Assembly: GCA_010093815.1 (NCBI GenBank)
Contig: ML996567.1
DNA length: 64,000 nucleotides
Source: Pseudovirgaria hyperparasitica
Taxonomy: Eukaryota
Direction: 5' to 3' (one strand)
The notes under the pieces are model-generated. The model was not told the origin of the DNA and ran no database searches. It saw nothing but the letters and a program-made list of their open reading frames with translations. This document shows positions 1 through 11,600 of the stretch, piece by piece. A program made the translations under genes and the position numbers. Numbering within the stretch: the first letter of the stretch is position 1; each line of letters starts with the position of its first letter.

Positions 1-520
1 ATCCGGGCTAAGGTTTACCCGCGCCGAGAGGTTTACTAGGGGCGCATTTTATTCGTATTAAGGTCTTTCTTTTAGGCGTTCTTTACACGGTTTCTCACAC
101 GGTTACTATACTACTAAGGGTAGTAGTTCTATGGGCCGGGGAGGTATATATAGAAGGCCGCTCCTATAGCCCTATATATATGTGTCCCTAGCTCGATTAC
201 ATGGCTTTATTATATATTTAAGGAGGGCGTTTTCCTTGGTCATTCTACTCGGCACGCTTCCCCCATTACTAATATTCGACTATTCGACCTTTTCTTACGT
301 TCATGGGCCTCTATGGGTATTGATTATTAGGCTTAGCTATTAAAGAATTAATTAAGAGTATTATATAGACCCGTCCTATCGTAAAAGAGAACTAATAAGA
401 AGTCGTGCGTTCAAAGAGAACTTATAATACCTGGGAGAGATACTTGTGAGTTCGTCGCGACTACTATACTAGGAACACAGCCATTTACTCAAGGGACACA
501 CGTAGCGATGGCTCACCACA
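1..520. mobile_element. Terminal part (probably LTR) of an unidentified RIP-affected element inserted into the family A Gypsy RT
   Basis: Ends in ...GCTCACCACA at 520. Sequence from 521 (ATACGCTTAGAAGG) matches the uninterrupted RT region of the paralogous copies near 54368 and 63893. Confidence 0.6.
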
Positions 521-3257
521 ATACGCTTAGAAGGTGCCTAGCGCGTTAGTTAGTCTAAAAGGGACTATAGTATACTTAAAGTATCTATAACGGGTCCTAA
601 AAGCCGTTTTCTATTCGTCACCTTTCTTAATACGAAGGTAATAGTAGACGTTACATAGATCGAGCTTAGTAAAGATCTTTACGCGTCCTAGTCTATTAAT
701 AGACTTAGAGATAAGAGATAGTAGATAACGATTCTTTCGTATAATATTATTTAGGCTACGGTAGTTAATATATAGATAGAGGCTCCTATTCTTCTTCTTT
801 ATAAAGAGGATTAGAGCTCCGGCTAGAAATATACTAGACCTAATCTATCCTTACGTAAGGTTCTTTTTAATATATTCTTAAAGGGCTTATAACTTAGGTT
901 CTAAAAGAGGGTAGATAGGTCTATATAGAGGTTACTAGCCGTCTTTAAGATTAATAGTAAGGTTAGTAGATTAGTATTAAGGTAGTTTAGAGAAATCGAT
1001 TGCTAACGCGATATATTAGTATATTTTATACTAATATAGTAGGTTTTCATCTACTTTAATACTAAGCTCGCTATTTTACGTAAGTAAGAGTATATAGATA
1101 GTAGAGATCGCCTTCTTATAATCTTTCTAGAATTATTTATCGTTAATAAGCTATACTAGTTCCTATTAAGGTAGGTTTATACGCTAGCTAGCTATCTTCT
1201 TAAGGAAGTCTAGTTTTAGGTTATATTTCTTAAGCTACGGTATACCTAGAATTATATTAAAGGGACTATCTACTACGATAAAGGTTAAGTAGTAGAGTTT
1301 CTATTTCCCTCCGCTATCCTAGATACCGTATTTAATAGTATAGATACTATATAACTTAATAGAACCGTTAATACTATAGAATATAGTATCTATTAGAGCT
1401 TAGATATTGGCGTTAAGTTCTCGTGCTCGTTAGATCGATATAACGTTAGTAGCCGATCTACTATTAAGTATTATAGTCTAATATTATCTATAAGAGACCT
1501 TGATAGATCTAGTCTATAGTTTAATATACTATTTAGCGGATTACCCCTCTATTATAGTCGCGCCTATAAGTCGCGAGGGTTTCTTATAGGCTATTAGTTT
1601 TTTATATTCTATACTAGGTAGTTAGACGTGATATATCCTAGCTACTAGTACTTATAGTATATAACTAGTTAGTTAGTTATATTAGTACTTAGTAGCTTCC
1701 CCAAACGGTACTTAGGTACTATATAGCCTATTCTACTATAGGTATAGTAAGTGACTTTAGATTATTTATATAAGTCGGTTCTTATATCTTAATATATTAA
1801 TTAGTAGGGAGATCCATAATACGATCCGTGTGGTTTTAAATTCGAGACGTAGTAGTAGCCTTATAACATCCCGCGAGATCTATTACTAAATCGGTTTTAG
1901 TTAGATAATTTTACGTTAGATTAGATTATTAGAGATAGTTATATACTAGCACGGCGTTAATTATTTATTATATACTAGTATCGCTCCGCGAGATTTATAA
2001 GAGCTTAGAGGTCTATAGAGATTATTATTATAAGGTCGAGACGGTCCTTTATATTTAGGGCGAGGGACCGTTTAAAGTCGTCGTACTATTAAATTATACG
2101 ATCTTCTTTAGCTTCTCTCTAGAGAGGCCGAAGGTATTTAAGGAGTTATAACGGTAACTAATTATCTCGTTATTAAGTCTTAAAGATATAGCCCTAGGCC
2201 TAGTCGTGTTATTTAGCCCTATCGCTAAAATATTAGAGGAGAAATTCGGTGAACGTGTCCTAGTTATAGGTATCCTTAGAATATTCGATTCGGTATACTA
2301 TCTAACATTCTAAAGGCGTCGGGTCGAGGTAGTTCTAGACGAATCTAATTTTATTACTATCGTTCGTAAATAGATAGAAGAATCAGCTATATTAGTAAGT
2401 CTATACGTGGAAACTCTTTCTACTTTTACTATTAAAGTAAGGTAGTTTCTTAGGTTAGGGTAATTAGGATAGTAGTAGACTAGGATAGATCGTTTTAGTT
2501 AGTATAGATCTATATAAATATAGATTAGTTATTACTAGAACTAAAGTATATAATATAGCTTTAAGTCTCGTAGTATATTCTTAAGCTTCATTAAGTTCGC
2601 GTAGTTATTACTTAAGTTAAATCTATTATTACCTCTCTTCGTGTAGTCTAGTATATACGTTATTATAAGGTATAGTTAATATTAGGCGATTCTAATAGAT
2701 TAACTTATTAATATTAATAAGGTCTAGCCTTATATTAAGGTTAGGTCTAGTATAGTTCGAACTAGACCGAGATAGAGTATAATAGACTCTATTCTTATAT
2801 TCTATAATATCTTCTATAGTTATACGGAATATTATACGAGTTATTAGTATGATAGTCTATAAGGTATAGTTATCGGTAGAGATAGTTATAGATAGACTAT
2901 TCTCCTCGTTTAGATTAGGAGAAGGTCTACTATAAGAGGCGGTACCACGAGTATTATAATAAGTAGTTAGAGCTATTTCTATAAACTACCGTCGTGCTAT
3001 ATAAAGAGAAATTAAAATATAAGAATTATAGATATAGGATAGTAGTCTAATAGGTTATAGAAGGATTTAGGAATATATTTAAAAGGGTAGTCTACTCTTC
3101 TAACGAGGTTAATTTTTAAAGAGTAGAAATTAAGTATATACGGCCTACTTATATAGTAGTCTCGCTTATTCTAGCTGGCTTACCCTAGGTCTACCTATCA
3201 CGGACCGTACTAGACTATAGTATTCTAGTTAAGTCTATCCTAGTGTTAGCCCTAATA
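521..3257 (-). mobile_element. RIP-inactivated Ty3/Gypsy family A copy (5' LTR, gag, protease, RT N-terminal part)
   Basis: Colinear with about 54368-57103, differing mostly by C>T/G>A transitions. Ends in the same 240-bp LTR. Confidence 0.93.
3018..3257 (-). repeat. Family A LTR (240 bp)
   Basis: TATAAG...CCCTAATA (RIP'd TGTAAG...CCCTAACA). Aligns with 48527-48766 and 56864-57103. Confidence 0.92.
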
Positions 3258-3261
3258 ATTA

Positions 3262-3413
3262 TATAAGGAGGTAGGCTCTATATACCAACCAACTATACTA
3301 AAAGGACCGAATCTTAAAGCTACTACTTTAAGGGTGGAGCACACTACTTATATACGACTACTACACACATGTAGAATCAACTGGCAGGCCACGTGCTCCT
3401 CACGTGCCTAACA
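3262..3413 (-). mobile_element. LTR of the TRIM family (152-bp variant)
   Basis: Aligns with 50989-51129 and 51428-51568. Carries an extra 11 bp (CACGTGCTCCT) near its CCTAACA end. Confidence 0.9.
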
Positions 3414-4054
3414 TTCGGCTAGTACTCTACTTAAAGTCGTAGATAGAAAAAGGACTTATTAACTTATAGCCTAAGTCGTAAGGCTAATAATATACTTTTC
3501 TATTCTATACGGTAATCGACTTAACTCGGTAGAGGGTGATTCCATTAAAAAAGCTCGGATTTTAGCTATTTCCTCAGTTTTTGACTTAAAGTCATCTATA
3601 AGTAACTATATTTAGATATACTTATCTCTCGGTTTCTCTATCTCCTTCCTAATTAGGTAATTATTATATAAGCAAGTTAATCTAATATAAGTAATCTTAA
3701 TCCCTTGGCGTAGATTCCAAGCTTAATCTATACTTTTGGGGTGACTAATCATACAATCCTAATCTAGTACCTCGGATTGTATCCGATTGTATATGCTCAC
3801 GTCTGGTCACACCTGCTGCGTGCGCCTCCATGTCGCCGCTCCCTCTCACTCTGGCTCGCATTAGCGATGGGAGCGTATATAAGTACCGTTTGACGAGCAG
3901 ATGTTGCACTTCAGGAGTCCCCTGTCGGCCTTTGTCTTCGGCAGCCAGCGTGAACGGACCATCTATTGCCAAGACAAGCCACTCGGTCTCTAACGCCGAG
4001 AAGGCCGCTATCGAACTCCGGATCGGAAAGCGATACATCGAGCTTTGGCGCAGC

Positions 4055-4796
4055 ATGGACGACAAGGCCAAAGACCTTCGTCGCGCTCTGAGACAATCCC
4101 CCTGGTTCGGATTCGACCTTGATGACACCCTTCACGAGTTCCGAAAGGCCTCCGGCGCCGCCACTACGGCAACCCTAACCCGAATCTCAAACGCCCATCA
4201 AATCGAGATATCTTGCCTGAAATCAGCGTACTCGAAGATCCTGTCCCAGGGAACGTCCGGCGCCTTCAGCGACGGCAAGACATCTCACCAGTACCGCCGC
4301 GAGCGCTTCTCAGCCCTGCTCGCAAGCTTCTCTCTCACTGCCACTGCCAACAGCCCAGAATTCCTCGCCGGACTCCTTGACACCTACGAGCACACCCTGA
4401 CCAGCATCCTAGAGCTGAAACCGGATGTTCTCGACCTCTTCGTCCAGCTGCGACGGATGGGCAAGAAGATTGCCGTCATCACGGAAGGGCCCGCAGGATG
4501 CGCAAGAGCGCACCATCGAGGCGCTAGGGCTCAGCGACAAGATTGATTTTCTCGCGACTACCAACCGCTTCGGCGTGGCTAAGGTCGACGGACTGTTTCC
4601 CAGAGTCCTTGCGCATTTGGACATCCAGGCGACAGACATGGTCTACATTGGGGATAGCCAGGAACGAGACATGGTACCGGCTATGGAATGCGGCATGCGC
4701 ACGATCCATTACGCCGAGAATGAGAATTTTGATCCTACGGCTGTGCCTGCCAAGTTTGACACTCTTGCAAAGATTGCCCATTTGGTGTCGGAGTGA
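4055..4796 (+). pseudogene. HAD-superfamily hydrolase with a one-base frameshift (pseudogene or sequence error)
   Basis: Motif I FDLDDTL and motif II ITEG are in one frame. PQDAQERT..K..YIGDSQERD (motifs III/IV) continues in another frame after GAAGGGCCCGCAG (~4484-4496). No intron signals there. Confidence 0.8.
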
Positions 4797-5292
4797 GGGC
4801 TTGAGTGTGGATTATTGATTAGCCAATTACACGATTAGGCAAATGGTTGCTGGGCGAAGGATAGTTGACGGGGAACGGAATAGGGGCAAAGGAAGGGAGG
4901 GTCGTAGACTTCTGTTTGAAAGGGGGGAGTTTTCAACGTCTGAAATATAACTGTCTTCTACTGCTGCTGCTGCTGCTGTTGTTGCTGCGTGGTTTCCTTG
5001 CTGGAATTGGTTCGTTGGAGGTGTATGTGTACGGATGTACGTATTTACGTGTTGTTCTTACTTGTGCTTTAGGAATGTTTTATATTGTGTTTTTCTTTAA
5101 CTTCTACTTCTGCTTCTGCTTCTGCTTCATGCTTCTGCTGCTACTTCGTGCTTGGTAGTTAGTATTAGTATCAATCACGCTACTATACGCCAACGCTACA
5201 CATTCACACCTCGATACTCCACGCCAGAAGTACACAGAAACCTCACGTCTATCTAGACATACAAAACCCATCCCAGCACAACCCCATTCACC

Positions 5293-5306
5293 TCACACCC
5301 CCTCCC

Positions 5307-5352
<46 letters not shown>

Positions 5353-6450
5353 ACCACCACCCCCCTTCCCCCCCAAATACCACCCGGGAAACCACCCCAC
5401 AAAAACCCAAACCGCAAGCACAACAGGCACAAACTCCAACCCCGCAAAGAACCCCTCCCGCGTACTAACCCCACTCATGACCCCCCCCGCCGTCTCCGCC
5501 AACCGAAAACAAGTCCTCACATACACCGCCCCACTCGCCCCGACCACCGCGCCGCCGACAAACCTCCTCATCCGCCCGTCCATCGCGCGCCAGCTCCTAC
5601 GTATAAACAGACCGAGAACTACGAAGAAGGCGGCGAAGGTGGCGACTTGGATGGCTAGGCCGGCGAGCAGGATGTTGTTTGGTGTAGTGGGGTCGCGGCG
5701 GTTGGAGTATGCTGTGCCGACGAGGGCGGCGCCGGCGATTTGGATTGTTGTTGTTAGGATGTCGCATGTTATGAAGAGCCATAAGACGGCGCGGGGGCCG
5801 AGGCCGAGGATCTTGATGCCCTTTTTCGCTCGCCCGTTCCCATCCCCTACCCCTTCTCCCCCTTCTCCCCCTTCTCCCCCCTCCCCCACCCCCCCAGCAC
5901 CACCAAACCGCACCATCAGCACACTAACAAGCGTGTAAATCGCAGCAGAGATAAACACGGGCGCGGTGACGATGAAAAAGTACTGGATGACAAAGTACGG
6001 GACCGAGTACGGGCTGCGCTGGCTGGAGAGGGTGCGGGCGGCGTAGCCGGTGATTTCAAAGGCGAGGCCGAGCGGGAGGGTGGAGAGGTAGTATGTGCGG
6101 TGGCGGAGGAGGAGGAGCGTGTGGGCGAGCAGGGCGGCGGAGAAGAGGGCGAGGGCGAGGATGCAGAGGGGGAGGGAGGGGGTGTAGCTGGGGTTGTGGG
6201 TTAGGGGTGGATTGGACTGGGGGGATAGGGGGGATAGGGGGGTGTTGGGTGTGGGGTGGAGGAATGGAGGGAGGGAGGGATGGGGGAATGGGGGAATTGA
6301 GGAATCAAGGAATGGGGGAATGGAGGAATATGGGAAGTATATTCAAAATACGTACCCGTAGATGATGATGCAGGAATCATTCGGCCCGCCTGGGTTCGGA
6401 AAGTCGGGATCCACGTAGCCGGTGATGTACGAGCAGTTCCGGCCCGACAT
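5293..6450 (-). CDS. RTA1/RSB1-like multi-TM lipid-translocating exporter family protein, 2 exons (6450-6356, 6187-5293)
   Basis: YG|YTPS start, FEITGYAAR, APVFISAAIY, FITCDILTTTIQIAGAA, GLAIQV, YVRTCFRLAE motifs. GTACGT...CTAAC...CAG intron 6355-6188. The C-terminus runs through a G homopolymer, so the stop is uncertain (5293 or 5253). Confidence 0.88.
5308..5352 (+). repeat. C45 homopolymer (G45 on the coding strand)
   Basis: Direct reading. Confidence 0.9.
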
Positions 6451-7199
6451 GATGAATGATGATGGTGGGCGATGTCGATGTCGATGTCGATGTCGTTGTC
6501 GTTCCACCAACAAACAACCAAAAAAAAAAAACCCTTCGTAAGTTCGACACCTGAACCTCTCCCAACCAAGCCATCCCACGACACTTTATACTCCCGCTCC
6601 TCCCCCAAAGGACCCAAAACAAACCCAGTCAGCCACACGCACCCCATACCACAAATGCCATCACCACCACCACCACCACCATCATCCCGCCTTGGCCTCG
6701 AATAAAAAAGACGAGGAGCGAGCGCATTGATTGATTTTGCCCCTTCGCTTAGCACCGCCATCTCGTATCCGGCAGCCGACAAACTACCCCATCCAGCCTA
6801 GCGCCCGGCGGCAATCTAACAATCTAACCCGCATACAGACGGACCATCTCAGCGCGCGATCGAGATTACGGTGGGGAATCTCAGCGGTGTGTGGCGGTTG
6901 CCCAGGGGGGACAAAAACAAGGCTGAGAGCATACATGCATGCAACTCGCCATCCTCCCAGAGGTCCTCTTGCTCGTATAATCTACCAGAAGCGTAGTAGC
7001 GCGTAGAAGAAAAAAAAAGATACATAGGCCAAAGAAGAAACAATGTCAACCCCCTGATTAGTTATTTTTCGCACATAGAGCGGGATATACATACAAGATA
7101 TATCCTTATTCTTCTTCTTCTTTCTTATCTATAAACGACATGTATACATATCTCTCTCTTTCTCATTAGACACTAGTAAAACTCGAAAGAATTCCATCA

Positions 7200-7307
7200 A
7201 CTACTACTACTACTTACTATATTTCCAAGTTCGATTTCCCTACTTTACTACTTACTACTACCTACCCCCTACCTTCTTTATCTCTTCTTACCCGTTATAT
7301 TAATACT

Positions 7308-7344
<37 letters not shown>

Positions 7345-8155
7345 AAGAATAGATAGATACGGACGGCCTATATTTTTACTATATAAAAAAAAAAAAAAAA
7401 GACTTTATATTAATCCATTAGAACGAGAAGTTGGAAAATAAAGCGAATTTTCGGTCTTCTACCCCGCCGAGAGGAGTTTACTAGAGAGAGTATATAATAT
7501 ATATATGTATATGAAGCCAATCACATACACACATATACACACCCTGTTCTTTACTCCATAGCAGCCTCGTATAATAATCCCAATCCATCTCTACCAACCT
7601 AAACCCACCAACCCAAACCCCCTCCATTCTCTAAATCTATCTACACTCTATCTATCTATCCATCCATCTATCTATACATCCATCCATCCATCCATCCATC
7701 TACCCCATCCATAACAAGAGCACGTACTCTAAACATACATCATCGCCGAAAGAGGACCTGAGCATACATACATACATACATACATACATACATACATCCA
7801 TACATACATACATACATACAAAATCAATGAAATCATGGAAAAAAGAAGAGAAAGGGTACCCAACAACCATGTAAGATGATTTTAGTCATCATTATTATTA
7901 TACCACCATAGCCAAGATGGATAAGAGGAAAACCATAAAAATAGAACGCCCCCCCAAATTCGTGGATTGTGTTGTTAATGCTAATGATGATATTATCATT
8001 CACTCACTCACTCACTTAGTAGTACGCGCAACCAGCCAATGTGGGAAAAAATGGGTAGCAAAACACGTAAAAGATGCGGTTGGCAGACGTTCATTTCTTT
8101 GCATCGTCCTATTAGGGGGTTGGTTCCTCGGGGAGGAACGTAGTAGATACACATG

Positions 8156-8195
<40 letters not shown>

Positions 8196-8650
8196 TACCA
8201 TGTTGTATATACAGCCTCACAATACTTCCATGCCACACACCATGCAGGCCATACCATGCAATGCCACACCATACCATGCGTGCCATAGCCAGTGCCGGCC
8301 ACCAACGAAAGAAAAAAAGGTCGCAAGTCCCGTCTCGTCGTGAAATCGTGGCTTTCATTCATCACAAAGCAGAAGACAAAAAAAGGAGCCGTGCTAGGCA
8401 GGCGGGAAGCGACGACATATTAGAAGAGGGGGAAAAGGGTGCATGAAATGCAAAGTGGAGATTCCAAGCCAAAATAAAAAGGAGAGAGGGAAGGGGGTAT
8501 CAGCCAACAAAGAAAGTAGTACGCCTGAATTATGTATATGTGTGGGTGTGTAATGTCCTCCCCGTCAGGACCATCAGGATATCAGGACGTCAGGACATCA
8601 GGCCATCAGGCCATCAGGACAGGACGCCATCAGGACAGGACATCAGGGCA
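7200..8650. repeat. Microsatellite-dense intergenic/3'UTR region: (TA)n ~7310-7341, poly-A ~7385-7400, (ATCC)n ~7658-7700, (CATA)n ~7763-7819, (CT)n ~8158-8192, imperfect CATCAGGAC 9-mers ~8565-8648
   Basis: Direct reading. Confidence 0.85.
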
Positions 8651-8653
8651 GAT

Positions 8654-11600
8654 TCACGAAATGTAGCGCCCGATGGCGGGATCGATGCCGCCGTCGTCGA
8701 CTTCGACGCTCATGGCGCTCAGGGGATCGTGCTCCTGCGCCTTGGCCCGCTCCGCGTCCTTCTCGCGGGCAATCTTCAGCTTGGCGCGTTCGGCGCTCTG
8801 CAAGGCCTCAATGTAGGTGCGGAACTTGACAATCTCCTTGAGCAGATAGCTGCTCTTCTTCTCCCAGTTCGCCAGCGCCTTGCCGGCATTCGGGTGTCGC
8901 GGGCTAAAGGCGATGAGCATCGGCGGGCGCAGGTCGTTGTGTCGCGCGAGCTCGCTCTCAATGTTGCGCACATACGCCTGCAGCGCGCGCAGCTGGTCGA
9001 CGGCAAGCAGCGTGCTGGCCATCATCGAGCTCACAGGCGGCTTCCACTCGGAAATGTGCACCTTGTCGCCGGGCAGCCGGGCACGGACATTGCCCTGGTA
9101 GTCGAGCGAGCTGCGGATGGAAGACTGCGTGCTCGCGCGCGGAAGCGAAACACTGTTGTGGTGGTGGTTTGTTGCGGCGGCGGCGCTGCTCTCGGGGCGG
9201 ATCAGCGCCGAGTTGATGACGTTCTCGCCCCATCCGTACTCGATGTTGCTGACACCGCCGGTGAGCGGCTCCTTGGACAGGCGGGCGGACCAGTAGTTGG
9301 CGGTCGAGACAAACTCTCTCACGATATCGACGGTGCCGACCTGGAAGAGATGGACGGCGCCGCCGGGCAGCGAGAGGGCCCAGACGTTTGGCCGCGTCTT
9401 GGAGTAGCCTGGCGGGGGCAGGGCGTTTGCAATCGTCTGTCGCAGCAGGAAGCTTCCCATGTTTTCCGCATTCTCCGCCCAGTTGCCACCACCGACGACG
9501 ACGCCGCCGCCGCCGCCCGACAGCTTCGACTTGTTCTTGTGTCGCAGCGACTTGGAGTTCATGCCAAAGGAAAACAGGCGCATGTAGCCCTTTTCAATCA
9601 CGGCAAAGCATTCGCTCCAGCCACGGTCCTTGGCCTTCTTGTCGGGCGCGTCCATGAGATGCTTGTGCTTCAGGATGCCTTCCTTGGCCCAGGGGGCGCC
9701 AGCGAGCTCGAGGCTTTCATCCTCCAGCAGCGGTGCGACCTTGGTAAACTCTTCGCTGCTGAGGGAGTTGGGTATGCCCTCTTCGCGGATGATGGCCTGG
9801 CTGAGCGCGTTGGCGAATCCGATCGACTGCTGGTAGTCGGCCGCGGCAAAATGCGAACCCAAGGAGTCGACAGACATCATCGAGGCTTGCGTCTTGCCCA
9901 GCGAGTACTTGCTCCACGTACTCGACTGGGCCGGACTCCACACGGACTGGTCGTCCAGACTGGTGCGAGACGAGCCGACCGTCGAGTTTGGATAGAGATG
10001 AGGGCGCGAGCGATTCTTCGAGTTGTACCGGGCATGGCTAGTCCGAAAGTCCACCGAACGGCCGCTATAGCTCAGATGCTCCGAGTTTGCCTTGCTAAGA
10101 ACGCTGGGTGTCCGTCTCAGGTGCGAGCCGACAGCCAAGGACTTTGTTGCTGTTGTGTAGGCAGACTGCTCCTGCTCTGCGCCGTAGAGTGGCAGGCAAT
10201 GGTTGCGGATGGAATTATAAAACTCCTTGAGGACAATCTCCACCTGCGTCTCCCAGCCCTTGAGCGGTCCTTCGTATGGTGCCTTGACCAGGACGGTGCA
10301 GTTGTCGGCATGCGCGTTGGCTGCCGGAGCGTCGTCTGAATCTGTGCGAAAGGCAGGCGGTCGGATCGAGAGACGGTTGCGCGATCGCTTGCTTTCCAGA
10401 GAAGGGCGGTCGTTGTTGTTGTTGTTGTTGTTGTTGTTGTTATCTTCGCTGGGTGTCGTGCGCCCCGATCGAGGACGGATCGGCGGGGGCTCTGGGCATT
10501 GCACCCACGGGACAAAGCCTCTCTGCTCCTCTCCGGCCTTGCGGTGGGGATTCATAGCTTTGATCGTGGCGGCAAGCTCGTCCGCTTCGTCTTCTTGTTG
10601 TTGTTGTCGTTGTTGTCCTGCTGTTGCCTCCTCGGCGAGGCGACGCATGGTTGGCATGGTGTTCTTGACAAACTGAGCGCGCGTCATCTTCTGCTCAATG
10701 TCGGCCATGTGCAGATCGGTGTTGAGCAGGAGGATGGAGTAGGTGATGGCATGGACGAGATCGGTACTTTTGAAGCCATTGTTCGGGTTGCAGTCCCACC
10801 AGCGCAGCGCAAACGACGCGAGGACACGATCGACCTGCTGGGTCTCGGCTTTGAGGAGCAGCTTGGTACACATGTCGCGCAGAGCCGAGACGATGCTCTG
10901 GCCAGACCATTCGTAGAGCTCCATGTAGGCCTTGCGAGTCCTGGATGCCTTCTTGGACGCCTCTCCGAGCCAGGCGGCGGCCTTGAACTTGCTGGTAAAC
11001 TCTTCATCACCGCCAAAGATCTTTGCAGCCCTGTCACGATCCTCTTCGGTGGGCTCGTGGTCATCGTGGGGGTCGTGGTCGTCATGTTCGTCGTTGTCGT
11101 GGTCGGTAATATGATTTGGCCGCCCTGCAGCAGCAGCAGCAGCAGCAGCAGCAGCTTCAGTGCTATTGACTTGCACAATGGGTAGGCTTGTCGTAGAATA
11201 AAACTCGTCGGTTGCCGAGCATGGCGAGCGATGGCCGGCGGCGGCAGAGGCAGGTTGGCTGCTCCGCGCATCCTCGTACATGGTCGTCGTTGTCGTCGTC
11301 GGCGATCGCAGCAGCGCGTCCTGGTCCAGCTTCTCGTCGGAAGAGGTCGGCTCTAGCCAGAGACGATTGGCGGCGATGGCGCGCGAAGACTGCTGCTGCT
11401 GCTGCCTGCTAGTGCTGGCGCCCGCGGAACCGACATTCGTGTCGATTTGCTGCAGTTTGCGAAATTCATTCTGCTTGGCACGTTTCTCTGCCGAGTTTGC
11501 CTTTGGAGTCGGCACGTCTGCCGCCGCCGCCGCGGCAGGGGATCGCAATGGAGTGGTGGATGATGATGACGATGACGATGCTGGATGGGTCGGCGATTTC

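Noticed and set aside
3414..3790. RIP-like AT-rich segment right of the TRIM LTR
   Set aside because: Probably the older repeat the TRIM inserted into, but no termini or domains could be identified.
3830..4054. 75-aa N-terminal extension of the HAD ORF
   Set aside because: Contains a TATATAA at ~3875 and looks like promoter/5'UTR; the HAD domain starts after the ATG at 4055.
8540..10339. 599-aa plus-strand ORF
   Set aside because: Antisense shadow of the GC-rich Sec7/PH gene; GTG start and no recognisable motifs.
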